This document shows positions 62,714 to 64,000 of a DNA stretch of 64,000 nt, one piece after another. The notes beneath the pieces were generated by a model. It ran no database searches, was not told the DNA's origin, and saw only the letters and a program-made list of their open reading frames with translations. Made by a program: the position numbers and the translations under genes. The first letter of the stretch is position 1. Each line of letters opens with the position of its first letter. Origin of the DNA: Podarcis tiliguerta (Eukaryota); NCBI GenBank assembly GCA_965153285.1, contig OZ229116.1. One strand, written 5' to 3'.

Positions 62714-62820
62714 TCAGGTCAGCATGTCCCAAAGGCAGCAGCAGCACAGCGCAGTCCAACACGCTGTCAGGCAGGTACTTTCGGCAGAGTTATCCCTTCG
62801 CTGCTCTTCCACAACATACA
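62714..62820 (-). CDS. CYSTM1: Cysteine-rich and transmembrane domain-containing protein 1, last coding exon ((V)YVVEEQRRDNSAESTCLTACWTALCCCCLWDMLT*)
   Basis: Minus-strand acceptor ttctcttcttcccag| at 62821; CYSTM motif CLTACWTALCCCCLWD; TGA at 62716-62714; expected synteny next to PFDN1. Not present in the ORF track; upstream exons were not found in the window. Confidence 0.95.
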
Positions 62821-63117
62821 CTGGGAAGAAGAGAAAAACACATGTCAGAGGGGCTGCACCCAGCTGTGATGCATCACCCACAACCCAAGAAGAGGCCTGT
62901 GGCCAACTTAAGACTTTATTTACACAACTGTTCTCCCATGGCTAATGATGCTCAGAGGGTCGTGGGGCTCAGTTTTGCCCAACATGAATTTGACATGCTG
63001 CTTGCAGGTAACATGTGGAGAGAGATATATACACAAAGAAGCCTAAAAGGTTCTTGAATGTTCATCTTGCACATTTAAAAAATTAAGTATCTCACTCCTT
63101 TACTAATGTAGAAAGGT

Positions 63118-63459
63118 AAAGGTACCCCTGACTGTTAGGTCCAGTCGCGGACGACTCAGGGGTTGCGTATTCATCTCACTCTATAGGCTGTTTGTCTGCA
63201 GACAGCTTCCGGGTCATGTGGCCAGCATGACTAAGCCGCTTCTGGCGAACCAGAGCAGTGCAAGGAAACACCATTTACCTTCCCGCCGGAGCGGTACCTA
63301 TTTATCTACTTGCACTTTGATGTGCTTTCGAACTACTAGGTGGGCAGGAGCTGGGACCGAATAATGGGATCTCACCCCATCGCGGGGATTCAAACCGCCA
63401 ACCTTCTGATCGAGAAGCCCAAGGCTCTGTGGTTTAGACCACAGCACCACCTGCATCCC
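63118..63459 (-). mobile_element. Near full-length Sauria SINE in a CYSTM1 intron
   Basis: Head gggatgcaggtggtgctgtgg on -, ACCTTT tail; TSD-like TAGAAAGGT at 63109-63117 and 63460-63468. Confidence 0.9.
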
Positions 63460-64000
63460 TAGAAAGGTGGTACTCTACCCAATTAAATAGCAGAAAGTAA
63501 CCCTTCTCTTGCGTTCCAGAATTATAAACAATGAAAGCAAAATGTGCTGGGATGACTGAGAGGCACCTGTGTATTCTTAAAATAGGTTCCACTAAAACTA
63601 ATGCAAATAATAAACAATTTAACATAAAACTACCTGCACTTAGATTTTTTATTCTGTGTTGATCACCCTTTTGCGCTAAGGATCATTTCCCAAAAAACAT
63701 TTCTGCCTTTGTCCTTGTGGGGCCTTCTTGAATCTGGCAAACGCCTGGAGGAAGGCGATCTCGATCAGCGCAGGCTGAAACTAACCAAACAGGTTTGTCT
63801 TGAAATCTATCTGGACCTTGCTTTGTGTTGCTAGCCTGAATGGAAGAGGAGAGTCTAGCAAATGCCGTTTGTGTTTGTCTGCACACAGAGAACACACTGT
63901 TTTGCTAGGCTCCAGCATCAGCTGGACCGACAATGGCTCCATTCTCGACACCCCCATTGCTTCTTGCCCACACGGCCACTGACACCTCAGTGTTACTGTA

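Noticed and set aside
62518-63057. 179-aa plus-strand ORF with poly-Gly/Glu
   Set aside because: Antisense to the CYSTM1 exon and inflated by the GGA/GAA microsatellite

Overview
Vertebrate genomic DNA, very likely from a squamate (lacertid-type lizard), judged from Sauria-SINE, Squam3-like SINE, CR1, L2, L1, RTE and Rex1 repeats. It holds three host genes in the same order and orientation as human 5q31. HBEGF is on +, with 5 coding exons at 4411-14417 splicing to a 208-aa proHB-EGF, plus a probable non-coding last exon at about 16288-16855. PFDN1 is on +, with 4 exons at 27359-57189 giving 122 aa. The last coding exon and 3'UTR of CYSTM1 are on -, CDS 62714-62820, convergent with PFDN1. Both + genes start in CpG islands. 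Introns and intergenic DNA are rich in retroposons and hAT or Tc1/pogo-type MITEs, many with readable target-site duplications (TSDs). Almost all long ORFs in the supplied track are GC-rich or repeat-derived artefacts. Most notable observations: (1) a ~1.25-kb fold-back minisatellite built on a palindromic GCGAGGCCTCGC core in PFDN1 intron 1, abutting a hAT/BED remnant; (2) a GC-shifted MITE relic supplying an inverted ACTACAA.TCCC motif pair inside the PFDN1 CpG island; (3) HB-EGF substitutions at diphtheria-toxin contact residues (F115Y, H135E, E141A); (4) a putative LTR with a tRNA-Leu primer-binding site; (5) nested, young-looking L2, SINE and Rex1 insertions. I found no convincing new protein-coding system. 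Family assignments and comparisons with human or chicken sequences are from memory, not from searches.
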